DNA of 63,976 bases, counting the filler, from Lenisia limosa (lineage: Eukaryota > Protista > Breviatea), in assembly GCA_001655205.1 (NCBI GenBank). It is 13 parts of 13 records of this genome, joined end to end, with 100 filler letters (N's around TTAATTAATTAA, not from the genome) between each part and the next. Parts side by side here need not be neighbours in the genome. Positions count along the whole stretch, not along the records: positions 44,501 to 57,110 come from LPNZ01011705.1; positions 57,211 to 62,384 come from LPNZ01001802.1; 11 more parts are not named here. One strand, given 5' to 3'. This document shows, piece after piece, positions 47,840 through 60,735 of the stretch; within the stretch, counting starts at the first letter, position 1; each line of letters opens with the position of its first letter. A program made the translations under genes and the position numbers. Below the pieces are notes generated by a model that worked only from the letters and a program-made list of their open reading frames with translations, had not been told where the DNA came from and did no database searches.

Positions 47840-49810
47840 GTTGGGTGCTGATGTTCGCGGCTATATTATATTTAAAGCAAGAGAAATAATAAAGTACGTT
47901 GTAAACATGGGGAAACAAATAAATACATACCGATGCTGTAAACCAAATTACAATACCAAAATATGACATTTTGAAGTCTCTTCCAGTTAGTTCAAACTCT
48001 TGAACAAGCAGACTTTTTACAAAAGGCTATATTATGAACTTCGTTGCTGTTCTGATATATTCTTTTCAAATCCAAAAATAACCAACAATTTATGTTTTTA
48101 TTTTGTCATGGCAAAGCATTTTAACTTTTCCTTCTCTAATATTGTTTTTGATAGTACTAATACAGTAGATTATTCTATAATCTGATATATACCTTATAAT
48201 CGTTAGACAACCTTGTTTTATTTATCATCTCAACAGTGTATCATATATTATTTCCTTATTAGTGCCCTTTTGTGTTGTTTTGTTTCCTTAGATTTTTCCT
48301 TTGCAATTAAAAATTACTCTGGCAGTCTCCAAAGCGCCCTCTGCCAATATCAAAATTGCAAAGACAAAATCGAAGACGAAGCTCAAGTACACAGCATGGA
48401 GACAGTCTACACAACTGAAAATCAAAGTGATGTGTCAAATATTGACCTATTTGGCGTCGAAAATGACCTAACGGCGTTCAACCATGAAATGTCAGATGAA
48501 ACTGATTTTGGTACTCCACCTTGGGATTCAAGCTCTTCAGAAGGAAACTCAATTATTTCAGAGAGAAGTGGTCTGGATGGGAGTTGACATAGGTGCTGGG
48601 AGGGACCGAAATGATTCGGACTCAGAGTTTTGAGACAAAATGGGACAAATTAAAATGATACAGTATATATCATATACTACATTTCAATGTCTCTCAGAAG
48701 TGTGATTCTGTCAGTCTTCTGAAAACATGAATTCCCATATTTCACAATGGAATCCCATGATCTAATGGAGATTTGAAGACATTTATGGGATTCCAAAGTA
48801 GTATTTAGTGAATCCCAAGTCGATGCGTAGTGTATATCAAAAATCAATGTACTCTAATTCAATACTTCATATAATGGTACCGGCTTTACAAATAACTTCT
48901 CTTTGAAACCACATGATTCTATAACTATTCATCCTCTAGATAGTGACGAGTCCACAAAGCAGTGCTTCAACTTCAATTCAGAGGGGACTCGGAAAAGACC
49001 CCTTGATGATGATGAAAAACTTTTCAAAGAACAATACTACAAACTCATCCGTTTGCTGGAGAAGACCATATTGCATTAATATCAACATTGACTTTGATAA
49101 GTACTTATACGGATATTGAGCTTTATCGTTCGTCAATCGTGTCACAGGTCAAATTTGACCTTGGCATTATTTTACCTTGACATCCGTGTTCGATACATAT
49201 AGTAATCATATCGACTTTCGAGTTGAAATGATGAATGACTAACACGAGGATTTATTCCAGGCGTATCAGGGTATTGAGTGACTTATCATGTGCAAGTTGA
49301 TATAAGGTAGCATATCACACCGAGGAAGATAGCAGCACATGGGAAAATGACCCAAAAAGTTGATAATATACAGTTGTTTCATCCAAAAACAATTGGTGTT
49401 GCTTCTCTTTCTACTAAATCGTAAATTATCAATATTACCTTCTTTTTCACCTGAGTAAAACCCATATTAACTTATTAGGAACCATGCAGGGCCAAGTCCA
49501 TCTACTAGGTGAGCTATCCAGGTTCACAGTTACAATGGGTATAGCTTCACTTTCGATCCAAAATAATAAATATTCAATAAATTGATACATGTCCATTTAC
49601 ATGTCTGTCAGAAACAAAAGAGAAGCTATCAATTTGAGTAAAACAAGATAATTGCATTGATAACACATAATATGACACTTGTGTTTACTTTTTTTTCTCG
49701 ATTGAATTCAAGTTTGATTCCTTGAGGATAAATATTACCCCAACATAGCGGTCGCAATTCAGAAAGACAGCGCATCTCAGGGAGTTTTCAACGATTTCAT
49801 ATCCTCCATA

Positions 49811-50080
49811 CCGCAGATAGAGTAAAGTAAGGCCCCCATTGTCCCTCTTGCTCAATCCCACCTTTCCAAAAATGGTTTCTCTCCTCCAATCAAACAGGGG
49901 TCTTCTTAGAAGATTCTTCTACCAAGACCCCTGGTTAGGGACAGAGGCCTGGCTGAGTGCTTCACTCAGCCAAGCCTCTGGCGCTTTTGCTTGCAATTGA
50001 TTGGGGGAATGAAACCGTTTTTGGAAAGATGGGACTGAGCTAGAGGGTCAATGAGGTCCTTGTTTTGCTTTATCCTGGGG
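49811..50080. other. T-shaped fold-back: ~83-bp imperfect inverted arms enclosing two 39-nt hairpins
   Basis: Arms 49811-49893 and 49997-50080 are ~80% complementary by eye; near-perfect hairpins at 49895-49933 and 49942-49980. Confidence 0.9.
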
Positions 50081-50132
50081 TGTTGGGGTGTTGGTGCAGA
50101 CATATAGTGACTTTATCCAATACATTCATTAA

Positions 50133-51960
50133 TCATCCACTTGAGCGGACTTGCTTCCAAATATCAGTGGGATCCCAACAATCTTCACCCAAACAAAAAT
50201 AAATCACCATATCCAAGACATTGATTCAAAAGATGTATCTTGTTTTTAAAAAAGATACAAAGAGTTCTACTCACTATCTACAATGGCTGCGAGATAGGCA
50301 TTCCAAAGGTTACTGGTGGTTGGTCCTGTCTGTACACCCTGGGTGGTTAGGAAAACATATTGGAATGATGAAAGTGGTGGAGGTGGAAGGGGGGGGGGAG
50401 GTCTATTTTCGTGAGGGATGGTGGCAGAGTACTTAGTCTACCGAAAAAACCAGCTTCAGCTTACTGATCCGATTCCCTCAAGGGTGAGCGTTTCAGTTCC
50501 TGCTAGATGACCAGCCCTGATAGTTGTGAAAAGTTGAAATCATTACTTAGTTCAATGTTGAAGTTTTTTAATTAATTTCAGACACCCATTTCGACTTATC
50601 CAATATATTGATTAAGTGAACTACAGATACAGTCATAAACACAAAAGCCTTATCAAGGAGAGCATTCATAACTTCAGCTGCTGAGACGCAATCAAAAGTT
50701 AAAGCAGGACTCCATTTAAATGTTGAAAGCAACTTTATACAATTATTGATTTGGGGTGAGCAAATGTAAAATTTTGAGTTTAATAATGGATTAATTGCAC
50801 AGAGTACCAGTGATTGTCCAGTAGTAGGGCATACCAGTCGAAGTTGGCTACACAATCCTCTGAGGAGCCAACTACTGCGGTGGAGAATGTGAATAATTCC
50901 ACAGCTCCCCACTACATGATAAGAAAGTTAAAGTGCAAAGAAGAGGAAGAATAATCCCACAAATCCCCGGTAAAAGATAAGATAAGCTTGTTTCGTGTTT
51001 TTTTGGTGATTGTAACATAGAAATGGAGGATAAATAGACAACAGAAAACACTAGGGAAAGCACACTGTTTGATAAAAGGGGTTGATGGGAAGAGGAGCAG
51101 ATTATGAAAAAATTTCAGGGTAAAGAAGTGACGCATTCACAACCACGAAAAAAAAAAATCATCAGAAAAACAATTCTAACAAATTATTCAAAAGATCTTC
51201 CAATGATACTGATTCTCCAAAAGCCCACTGAGAAGGGGAATAAAGAGTAACAACTAACTTTGAGGGTTAATTTGGTCACCACATTAGTTGATGTGGATCT
51301 CAGAGACGCAGATGCTGAAATCAGAACCTGGTTCCCAGAGAGTGTCAGAGGGATGGAGGCGATAGTGGCTCTGAAGTTTGATTAATCTTTTTAGCTGAAT
51401 ACTATTTAACATCAAAGTGAATCACACTAAAACCGACTTTCGAGTTGAAAAAAAAAATAATACAAAAGATAGCAGGGTTAGTGCCGCAGTACTAAACACA
51501 CACAGACCCACACACAATGTGCTAACAACTTTTGCAGATTGACTATTATCGTATCAAAAAGAAAATGCTTATTGGAAATAGTGTGTAACGGTTTTTGAAA
51601 GACTCATATCAATATTTTTCGATGATCTTTTTAAAAATAAAAACTTCGTATTGTTAGAGGTATCTTCACTTCGATTCAAAAAAGGACTGAATTTAATCAA
51701 TATCATTGCGATAGTTTACCCTCAAACCCAGACGTAAGAGTAACAGTGGCCGTAGGGGAGTCCCTGAAAGAAATCAAATGGGACTACAAAAAGATAATCA
51801 TGAGTATGTATGTATATATAGTTACATACATACATAGTATAATATAATATGTATTATACTACGATATGTAGTACATATCCTTGTTTGTTATCACAAACAT
51901 ACTCGTAGGTTTGAAAGGCAGCAGCAGGGATCGTCATTGCATAGACAGTACCATAAAAAG
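50133..51960 (-). CDS. Ser/Thr-rich multi-exon hypothetical protein (tentative)
   Basis: Exons GLPTATVTLTSG, ATIASIPLTLSGNQVLISASASLRSTSTN, AGHLAGTETLTLEGIGS|GVQTGPTTSNLWNAYLAAIVD, with CTAAC/C-rich acceptors and GTAAGC/GTGAGT donors. Tentative stop at 50133-50135. Confidence 0.4.
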
Positions 51961-54900
51961 CGTATAATCCATTTCTAAACTTGGTCAACAGTGAAAAAAT
52001 TGTAAAGATATCTTCCCAAGTTTTGTTTGATGTCTACTGAAGACAGTTACAATTCAATTGAAACAAGTTACAGTATAAAAAATCAATTCAATTGAATATG
52101 TTCGAGTCCCAACATACGCAAGACCCGCATTGAGATGCACATCTACTGCTCCGTCTAAATGGGTTAAAAAGCAGGTAGAATATTACTGGATCAAAATGAA
52201 GTTATTTAAAGGGTTTTGAAACAAAATATAAGTGCAACTGTATCTGTAATTTCATAACACTTGTTTTATTGAGACAGTACAGTTAAAGGGTTCTTGTCTC
52301 AACATAATCAATGGCATCAACAAAACAATTATGCCCAAAACTGTAATAGAATTAATTGACAAATTTCCAGTTATTACCCATAAACTTCAAAAAAAGATCA
52401 AATATCATGTGATAATTTCTTTTCAGATTTCTGCAAAGCCTAAATAATCGCCATGTATCTCCTACCAGTTTTTCTATAGAGAACCTCGGGAACGTTGATA
52501 ATTGGGTGCTGATCGAAGTGCTGTGACAAATTGTGCTGGTGGGCTAAAACAGTCAATATACGGGATAGAGGATAATGAACTACTATTTGTTGACAATCCA
52601 ATTTTTAACTCACATTAGCATGTAGGACGATGAGACAAAAGAAATTGTTGGCAAGTCAATATCAAATAAGATTGTCAGAGTATTGTTGCAAAGAGTCTAT
52701 GTTATTTGGCAAGAGAAGAAAAATAACATAAGCATATTTGAGAAAACATTGCAGGTCGATTGAATCAGATATATCTTCGATAGATCAAGACTTATCACTG
52801 TCTCTATTTGTATGGATCCTGGTATTAAAATAACGGTGTATTACTTCATTGATAACTCACCTTTCTCCGATATAGATCTCCCACCATTAAAGCAGATTAC
52901 TCACATACCTGCCCCCAAGATTGCTCACCATTAACATTGATACTTGTGGTCATCCAAAACACGTTATCATGTACAACGGACGAGGCGGCAAGAACTAACG
53001 AGGAGCCATCACCGTCAAACGTCATTGTCGTGCCATCAACAGGGAGAGTGTTCTCTGGATTTTAATGGGGGATATAATGGGTATGGTGGGAGTATAATGG
53101 GGGTTAGTTTCGATAAATTATTGGCACAAAGGTTTACCATGAAACAAATAATCTGAAACTTTAATTAGAGGTGGATTAATTCAATAAGAACCTGTTTTAA
53201 GTATGGGAATTCTCATAAAAAATGCATCCGCAAAGCTTGGCTTCACTTTGCTTTCGAAATCACAGATTCATTTTTAAGTTCATAATTTCGATATTGACAA
53301 CGTAACGTGAATATTTGGATCTTGTATGACTCTCTCACTCGTTGAAACATAGGCACTTGGTGTGAATGAAGGGAATTCTTGGGACTTTGCCTCACCAATG
53401 ACAGCGGATACTAAAACAAATGAAATCTGAGCGAATTTCGGGCAAGGTAATGGTGCAAATAGCATTCTTAAATTTCTAATACAAAACATTTAAACTTAAC
53501 GAAATAATCGTAAAATAAAACACTCAAATTTTCGGGGAAATGATCAAATTTCAGGCAATATACTGGAACAATGAAGCATGCAGAATATTACCACAGATTA
53601 CGCCGGAACGACATGCACAACATTACACTACTATCTTAGTACTGCCATTGTACTCATTAGATACAGAGCCCTTCGATCATCATAAAAACCTGATCTACTG
53701 CCCTTTAAGTATCAAAATATAAGAACCAAACCCCTTTGATCATCATAATCCTTAGTTTCATATCAAGGCCAAGGAAGTAATATCTGCAGCTAGGGATTCG
53801 GTTCGGATCGAAAACTTGACTGAATTTCAAGATAAATCATCGATATATTTCGATGGTTTACCGGTATTGTTCTTACAGGAGCAAAGCCCAAACTAAAACA
53901 TCACCACCTCTCCCCAGTGGCCTTGTCACAGAACCCCATTTGATCCAGATAAAAGATACCATGACGCTTTATCAAACCCCAAAGAAGAACGTCGTGGAAT
54001 TCACCCAAATCGACAAATGCCCTCGGACAGTTTTCCCGCTACCCCGAAACTCCCCAGCCCCTAACCCGAAACGAGGCTGGACGCAACTGCCGATGACGAT
54101 GACGAGGCAACAAGGTTGACTGATCCGCTGGCCTTACATTCAACCTAATGTTTTAGCTGTATAAAATAATAGGTGTAGAGTGATGAGAAATTAAACAAGG
54201 TTGAATCTGGTCGAAGCCGTCCACACCACGTATTGAGGGATATTGGATTATAGTATGATGTTAATTCACCCAACCATTTGCGTTACAACTATTATGTGCA
54301 GCTTTCTGCGTGCCTCACCAGCATAGATATACAATTGTTGTAATTATATTAGTTGCAAATGCAGACAAAATGAGAAACTGGCTGCGATAAGTCCTGATAC
54401 GACTGACTAAAGATAAAGCTCAATATAGCAAGACTTATCACGATCAGTGAATATTTGCATATCGTAGTCATTTCAATGCAAAAGATGGTCCGGTTCATCA
54501 TCTTTCACCCACCTGGATTGTTTTCAGCTTTCCAGTGTATGTCGAGACCAGGTAGGTGCATCTTGGTCTTTTTTTAAATTAAAATTTGGGGATACACGAA
54601 AGTAGTCTTAAGAAGCCGTCCTCACCACCCAGCCAATCAATAAACAGAATAAAAACATGAGCTATACAAACATACAAGGATGAAGAAGCGGAACTGTGCA
54701 TCTTGTTCACAAATTCACTGGCTGTGGTGTGAAAAAATTTGAGATGCGGATACTCATGGATTTAGGTTAAAAACAAAGACTGAATATATCATATATATAC
54801 CAATTAACTTGCCTTTGAATATTCAAATTCAAAAGATATGTAGATCATATCATATGATCTATGATCTATGATATCATATGTATTAATTAAACTCAATAAA

Positions 54901-56942
54901 AAGATACCAGGGTCTTATACTGAGTGTTTGATAATTTTGCTATTTCCCTTTAAGCAAAAGTTTTTGGATGCATTCAAACAACTTTTTCCGAGCATAGCGA
55001 GGCAGAAGAACAATCAAAATCATCCCTCCAATTTCTCTTGACCCCCTCCCCATTAATTATTAATTTTGGGCTTTTTTTTTGTTTCTCAATTTTTCCAATT
55101 TATCAGCCCCCCCCCCCCAACTCACAACGATCATGCGCAAAGCGACAGGTCATTGATGCACTTGCAGCCATCAGAGCACATATCGACGACTTCATGAAAT
55201 GGACTCCTTCATAATCGGCCTCCATTGCTCCAGAAGCAACAGGAACAAAGCTTGCTGCAGAGCGTAAATCAGACGCGTTACTTGGGATCAAAATAAGATG
55301 AAAGTTTTAGTATCATAATTTGAACATTAACTTGCTATAATAGAGACATCACAGTAACAGAATAAAAGGTTCTTTCAATATTTCTTTTAACAGATACCAA
55401 GTTATTATATTTCTCATCTCTAGTTATAATAAGTCGAAAATGAATAGTTAAGGAGCCCCAGATTTAACTAAAAAAAGTACCATCATACTTGGTAAATAGA
55501 AACCCGGCTGGATAACAGGGTGGTTCTGGAAGATGGTCTAAAATGTCAAGGTCTAATTTTGCCCAGCTATATAACAAGGTCTATGCACCACTCGATTTTG
55601 TCTTTAGTTATTTGATCATCAAACACAAATAAATTCAAAGATTTTGTCCTTAGTTATCTTATCATCGACATAAACACACAAAATGAGTCAAAGTCTTTGT
55701 AATATAACGATCTGCAAGAAAAATCAGGGACACAAAAAGGAGATAAATTATCAAGCCTCATCATTCAGCGTTTAATATAACATCATACTTTTCTATTAAA
55801 GAGATCATTGAGATCTATACCGTTCAAAGTTGTGGTGTTCACGGTTTGGGCCTCCAGATGAGTGGTGTCAATACCTGTGGTTTTTGAGAGCAAACATAAC
55901 TAGTATATCATAAATAAATACAATCGTAGAAAACAAATGATGCATAAACAAATCATGAGTTCACTATTGATAAAAAGGGTAAAATATCGATATTTATCGG
56001 GGATTAATTGAGAATTCAGTCTTTTACGGAACCGAAATCAAACAAATAAGGAAGCAATAATTTGTACATTTTACAAGAACACCAAAAAGAGCTATGATTT
56101 TATAAGTCAAGATCGACTATAAAGGTACTTTGAGAGCAAATTATATTTGCGTACCATTCAAGGCTGAAATTTCCTGGTCAAACGTGAGCACATCTTGATT
56201 AAGCCTGAAAAGATGAGAGTCAAAAAATAGGAGTACGCGCAATTTTACAGTCTTAAGTTGAATATATTATAACCAGAACTCCATTATTTTGTCAATTAAT
56301 TTGCTCGATAGTAATTACATGGAGTCCCAAAAACTATTTGGTTGCGCACAAGATTATAAATTCAATATTTTTTTGTCTGGGAAAAGAATGTTCCCAATGT
56401 TCCTTAAACTACCTGTTTAAATGAATTACCAATCAACAATTTGAAAAAAAAATGAAAAAAAATAGCTCAATCAACTCGGAACAAATGCAAAAAAGCTAAA
56501 ACGGGATTTCAACAAGATAAAACACAAAAAAGCAGCAAGTGTTTCAAGAAAAAACAACTCCCCAATCACACTAAACAATTCAACTGTATTTAGCTCTAAT
56601 ATTCAGTAGATATTCATTTTTTCTCTGAATATTCAACTTGGAAAACAAACCCATATCCAAATACCAACCTTAAAAAGGCAAACGATGATGTACACAATAA
56701 CGCAAGGAACAACAAACTGTTTGCCACATTCTTGATCATGATCAGAGACTGGGATATTTCACGATATTGATATTAAGGTACTCTGTCACTCTGACTTGTT
56801 AGCTTTTTATAAAAATGCAGTAAATAACTGACAAAAGCAAATGACTTAAACCATGACGTCATGACTTCATTGAAACTTCCTTGTTCATAATGTTTAATTT
56901 TTTTCCTTTTTAGCTTTTTGTTAACAGTTACACAGTGTGACA

Positions 56943-57028
56943 ATGTCGACGAAGAAGAATATTCTCTTTTTGTGCACGCACAACAGCTGCAGGAGTCAGA
57001 TGGCTGAAGGGCTTGGCCGAGCTATGAG
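56943..57028 (+). CDS. arsC: First exon of a thioredoxin-coupled arsenate reductase ArsC (LMW-PTP fold), truncated by scaffold end
   Basis: MSTKKNILFLCTHNSCRSQMAEGLGRAM carries the ArsC P-loop motif ILF(L/I)CTxNSCRSQMAEG. It is followed by a GTGGCT donor and a (GA)n/(GGA)n tract. Confidence 0.8.
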
Positions 57029-57033
57029 GTGGC

Positions 57034-57073
<40 letters not shown>

Positions 57074-57417
57074 GAGGAGGAGGAGGGGGGAAGTAGAACG
57101 TGTAGAGGAGNNNNNNNNNNNNNNNNNNNNNNNNNNNNNNNNNNNNNNNNNNNNTTAATTAATTAANNNNNNNNNNNNNNNNNNNNNNNNNNNNNNNNNN
57201 NNNNNNNNNNTATAAAAAAGCATGTGATATAATAAAAATGGGGGTGTGTGGCCGAAGCCGTCCACACATCATGCTGATAGAAGATATTGGATCATAGTTT
57301 AATACTAACTCACGCATTACAGGAGGGCTTTAATCCGATCCAGAAAATCACCGAATTTTTGGCTCAATCTATCATATTATACATTTTGAGAGCTGACCAA
57401 TCTTGTTAATACCCGTG

Positions 57418-58417
57418 TGAAGCCCTTCATAACAATGACCCCGCAAACCATGGGGAGGAATAAGGGGAGCGAGGTGCTCGAAGCAGTCAACCATGGCCTT
57501 GCAGTTGTCCTACATGTTGTCAGCATTCTTTTTCCAGGCTTTTGCAAATAATTTTACTTTCATTTTCATTTTTACATCATATATATGTTTGAACTATCAT
57601 TTTCCACTCCATGATATGATTAGGGCTTCACTTCGGTTCGGAAAAAAGACAGAACTTCTCGATCCTCGAAAACTATCGAAATTTTACCGGTACTTTTCGA
57701 ACCGAAGTGAAGCCTTAGATATGATACCTCAAAATCTACCCATGTTATTAATCAACATCAGTGATAAATACTCCCCTCATCTCCTCCACCCTGAGAGGGG
57801 AGAATGAGAGGGGTTGAAACACTCTCCAGCATACGGCATTTTCATAGCCCAAATTGATGATAGCAGCACAAGCCACAAGAGTGAGCGAATCATCCACCTC
57901 CATCATCTTCGACACGTAGGGACTGATAGGACTGTACGCTTGACCGGCGGTTTCTATGGGGACATTAACTGGGAAAACGAAGAACAATGCAAGAATGCAA
58001 GGAATGGGGACACAATTATTTAGAAATTTAAACCCCTACCCGTTGTACACACGCCATTATATTATATTAGACCGCTCATCACTACATTATATACACATCA
58101 TTACAGAATACGGATAACCATTAGAGCTTCACTTTTGGTTGCAAAAGACATGTTAAATATCGATATATTTATCGAGGATTTAACGTGAAGCTCTGATAAC
58201 CATTATTATGCAGCAATGAGAAATAAAATCCAAGGTTGTATCTGGCCGACGCCGTCCACACCATCACGCTTATCAGAGGTATTGGATTATAGTATAATAA
58301 CGATAAACCTCCTCATCAGTATATAATGTACATGGATAATAAGGACAAACCCTCACCATTGTAGGCACAGACGTTGGCAACAAAACGAAGCAGATTACGG
58401 TAGAGGTCGACAGACAT
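57418..58417 (-). CDS. Small multi-exon hypothetical protein (partial)
   Basis: MSVDLYRNLLRFVANVCAYN|ETAGQAYSPISPYVSKMMEVDDSLTLVACAAIINLGYENAVC splice in phase; further exon DNCKAMVDCFEHLAPLIPPHGLRGHCYEGLHT. Confidence 0.45.
57621..57717. mobile_element. Family A hAT-type MITE, perfect 8-bp TSD
   Basis: TAGGGCTTCACTTCGGTTCG...CGAACCGAAGTGAAGCCTTA; GATATGAT at 57613-57620 and 57718-57725. Confidence 0.9.
58122..58195. mobile_element. Family A MITE (TAGAG subfamily), perfect 8-bp TSD
   Basis: TAGAGCTTCAC...GTGAAGCTCTG; ATAACCAT at 58114-58121 and 58196-58203. Confidence 0.85.
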
Positions 58418-58454
58418 CGTGCTGAGAAGTCAGATTTTTGAAAGAAAAGAAAAT

Positions 58455-58507
58455 CCTCCTCTCCTCAAGAGCAGTAGAAACCCTCCTCTCCTCAAGAGCA
58501 GTAGAAA
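58455..58507. repeat. 27-bp-period tandem duplication just upstream of the 58417 start codon
   Basis: CCTCCTCTCCTCAAGAGCAGTAGAAA x2. Confidence 0.85.
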
Positions 58508-59422
58508 TGTAATAAAATGAATCACAATATAATATGACCCTAGATACTTGCTTGCTTTAAACTCCTATTCTCTGTTTTCGTATCTAAAAAAAACCCCTTG
58601 TTATCTGCTGTCTTATCTAAAAAAAATACCCAGCATACCTGCATGCTGCCAGCTTGCAAACCGCCTCCGCAAACGTGGCGTTTTCAGCGATGGTCTGTCT
58701 GAGGAGGTCAAATGATCACCTAATCAGAATATCATAAGTACATGTTTTAAGACAATATTATTAGTACATTGTTGATACCATATCAATATATGCATGTAGT
58801 AGAAATGATATAGCTAATAATATATATATAGTATATATATATACATGTATATATCGATGTTGGTATGTATATATATTACATCTACTAATACTATATCATT
58901 TGTATTATTCTGGCAGAGAATTGGTCTGTTTGAAGAGGTTAACATGGAAATATCATTAGTACATTATTTATATATGCTACAATGCTCTGAAGAGATCAAA
59001 TGATACCCCCATGACCCCCCCCCCCACACACACACCACACCTGTANNNNNNNNNNNNNNNNNNNNNNNNNNNNNNNNNNNNNNNNNNNNNNNNNNNNNNN
59101 NNNNNNNNNNNNNNNNNAAATTTATTAAACAAAAAAGCCCAAAATCAACTCTGTTGGCTGACAACACGAGGGCTGAACTATAGGCAGGTTAAATATGTAA
59201 AACTGGAATATGAAGTATGGGAACGGAAACGAACAAGAAAGTATCAACAAACACGTCAGATAGGTTTAAGTGAGATCTGCTACAGGGGCCAATTTTCCAG
59301 GATGGGGTTGAGTAAGTGGTTTTCTCTACTCAGTTTAAGTAAACACACCAATTTCCCATTTACTTGAGTCCCAATTGACCGATATACCCTAGAGACATAG
59401 CACTTCACTGTGACCAGTTTCA

Positions 59423-60252
59423 ATGGCTTCGATTGTTTCTATTTCCCCTATTTCCCCTCCTTCTGTTTCTTCTTATCCTCCCTCTCCTTCTACTCCTTCA
59501 TCTGTTTCTTCCTCTTTCACTTCTTCTTCTTTCACTACCACCACCCGCATTTCGAACTCCGTTGAGGAAGATAAGTTTACACTACTTTTATTGACAATAA
59601 TAGCCCCATTATCAGACTCACGTGGTGCACAACCTTGCTGAGAAGGAAAGGGCCTGGAGAAGCATGTCCTCATTCCCTTTAAGAAGGCTTTCCCTCGTTA
59701 AGAGTTTGCCCTTATGACTTTCTTACATTTCAGTATTACGATGTAACTGCGATGAAGAAAAAGTTCACCAACTTGGAGAAGACAGCCAAGCGGTTAGTTG
59801 GGTTGTTATTTCAAGTTTTCTTTCAAAACATTATTTTTTAGCAACACTGAAAAGCAGAGGAAGAGTGGGGAGGGCGCTGTGAAGTGGGCAAGCTGGAGTG
59901 TCTGGCAAGAGTTGGGAGGAGTGTTTCAAAATTCCTACGTTGTTAAACCTTTATATTAAAAAACCATAGTTTGCTGTTGAATCAACATTTCAGGCACCAA
60001 GCAAACAACCCCATTGTGTCCACTGTCAACCGTCACGACAGCGCAGACTCGGATGCCCACCAAAAGCCTTCTGGCAGTCGCCGCCAAGGGCGCAATGGGA
60101 AGCGCTCATCCCGTGTACGAGAGGGCTTTCTTCAGGAGACCTGCCGAACTGCCTTGAGGCTACACAAGAGGGTTTCTTGTATTTCAGAAGTTTCAAATGC
60201 TTTTGTTACTGTAGACAAGCTACAGGTCAGTGATGTTCTACTGCAGGTTTAA
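59423..60252 (+). CDS. Hypothetical protein with a Ser/Pro-rich N-terminus
   Basis: MASIVSISPISPPSVSS... first exon, internal exon YYDVTAMKKKFTNLEKTAKR, last exon ending ...VSDVLLQV-stop at 60252. Confidence 0.4.
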
Positions 60253-60627
60253 GAGGTTTTTTTGAAGAATCTTTGAGTTTGATTCATTTTTGACACGCAC
60301 ACAGGATTGCTGGATTTGTTTTTGTTTCAAAGCCTTCGCGTTAGTATTGATACTAAACAATGATAAAATAAAAAAAACAAAAGCAATATGTGAAAATTAA
60401 AATTAAAAATACGTATATCGATATATACTATCACGCGAATACAGGAATGATAAAAATCAAGCCATAAAAACCATGACGCCTATAAAAGACTCTGGATTAT
60501 GATATAATTAATTAAGTAAATAACCTTTGTAGGAATCTAAGAGTCGGTCCTCAACATAATCTCCACAGCTTCTATCTCAATATGTTATTTCCTAACACAT
60601 GACCAATACCATGATTGTAGTTAATCG

Positions 60628-60735
60628 TTAAGTAAGACTGAAAAAACTACCATGTGTTAGTTAAGTAAGAGAAGAACTGAAAAAACTACCATGTGTTAGT
60701 AAAGGAAGAGAAGAACTGAAAAAAACTACCATGTA
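60628..60735. repeat. ~37-bp minisatellite x3
   Basis: Unit core ACTGAAAAAACTACCATGT(GTTAGT). Confidence 0.85.

Noticed and set aside
49934-49941. TTAGGG as telomeric sequence
   Set aside because: A single unit only; no telomeric array anywhere in the window.
50100-52560. Possible decayed Ty3/gypsy integrase-chromodomain (fragments FDFFQGLP, PPPP, AIVDS, DCWDP)
   Set aside because: The same stretches are better explained as spliced host exons with CTAAC/C-rich acceptors and GTAAGC/GTGAGT donors. I found no RT, RNase H, LTR, PBS or PPT.
58790-58900. AT-rich palindromic stretches (also ~985-1070, 3665-3790, 13280-13370, 54835-54885)
   Set aside because: Degenerate (TA)n/(ATG)n microsatellite DNA that is self-complementary by composition alone.
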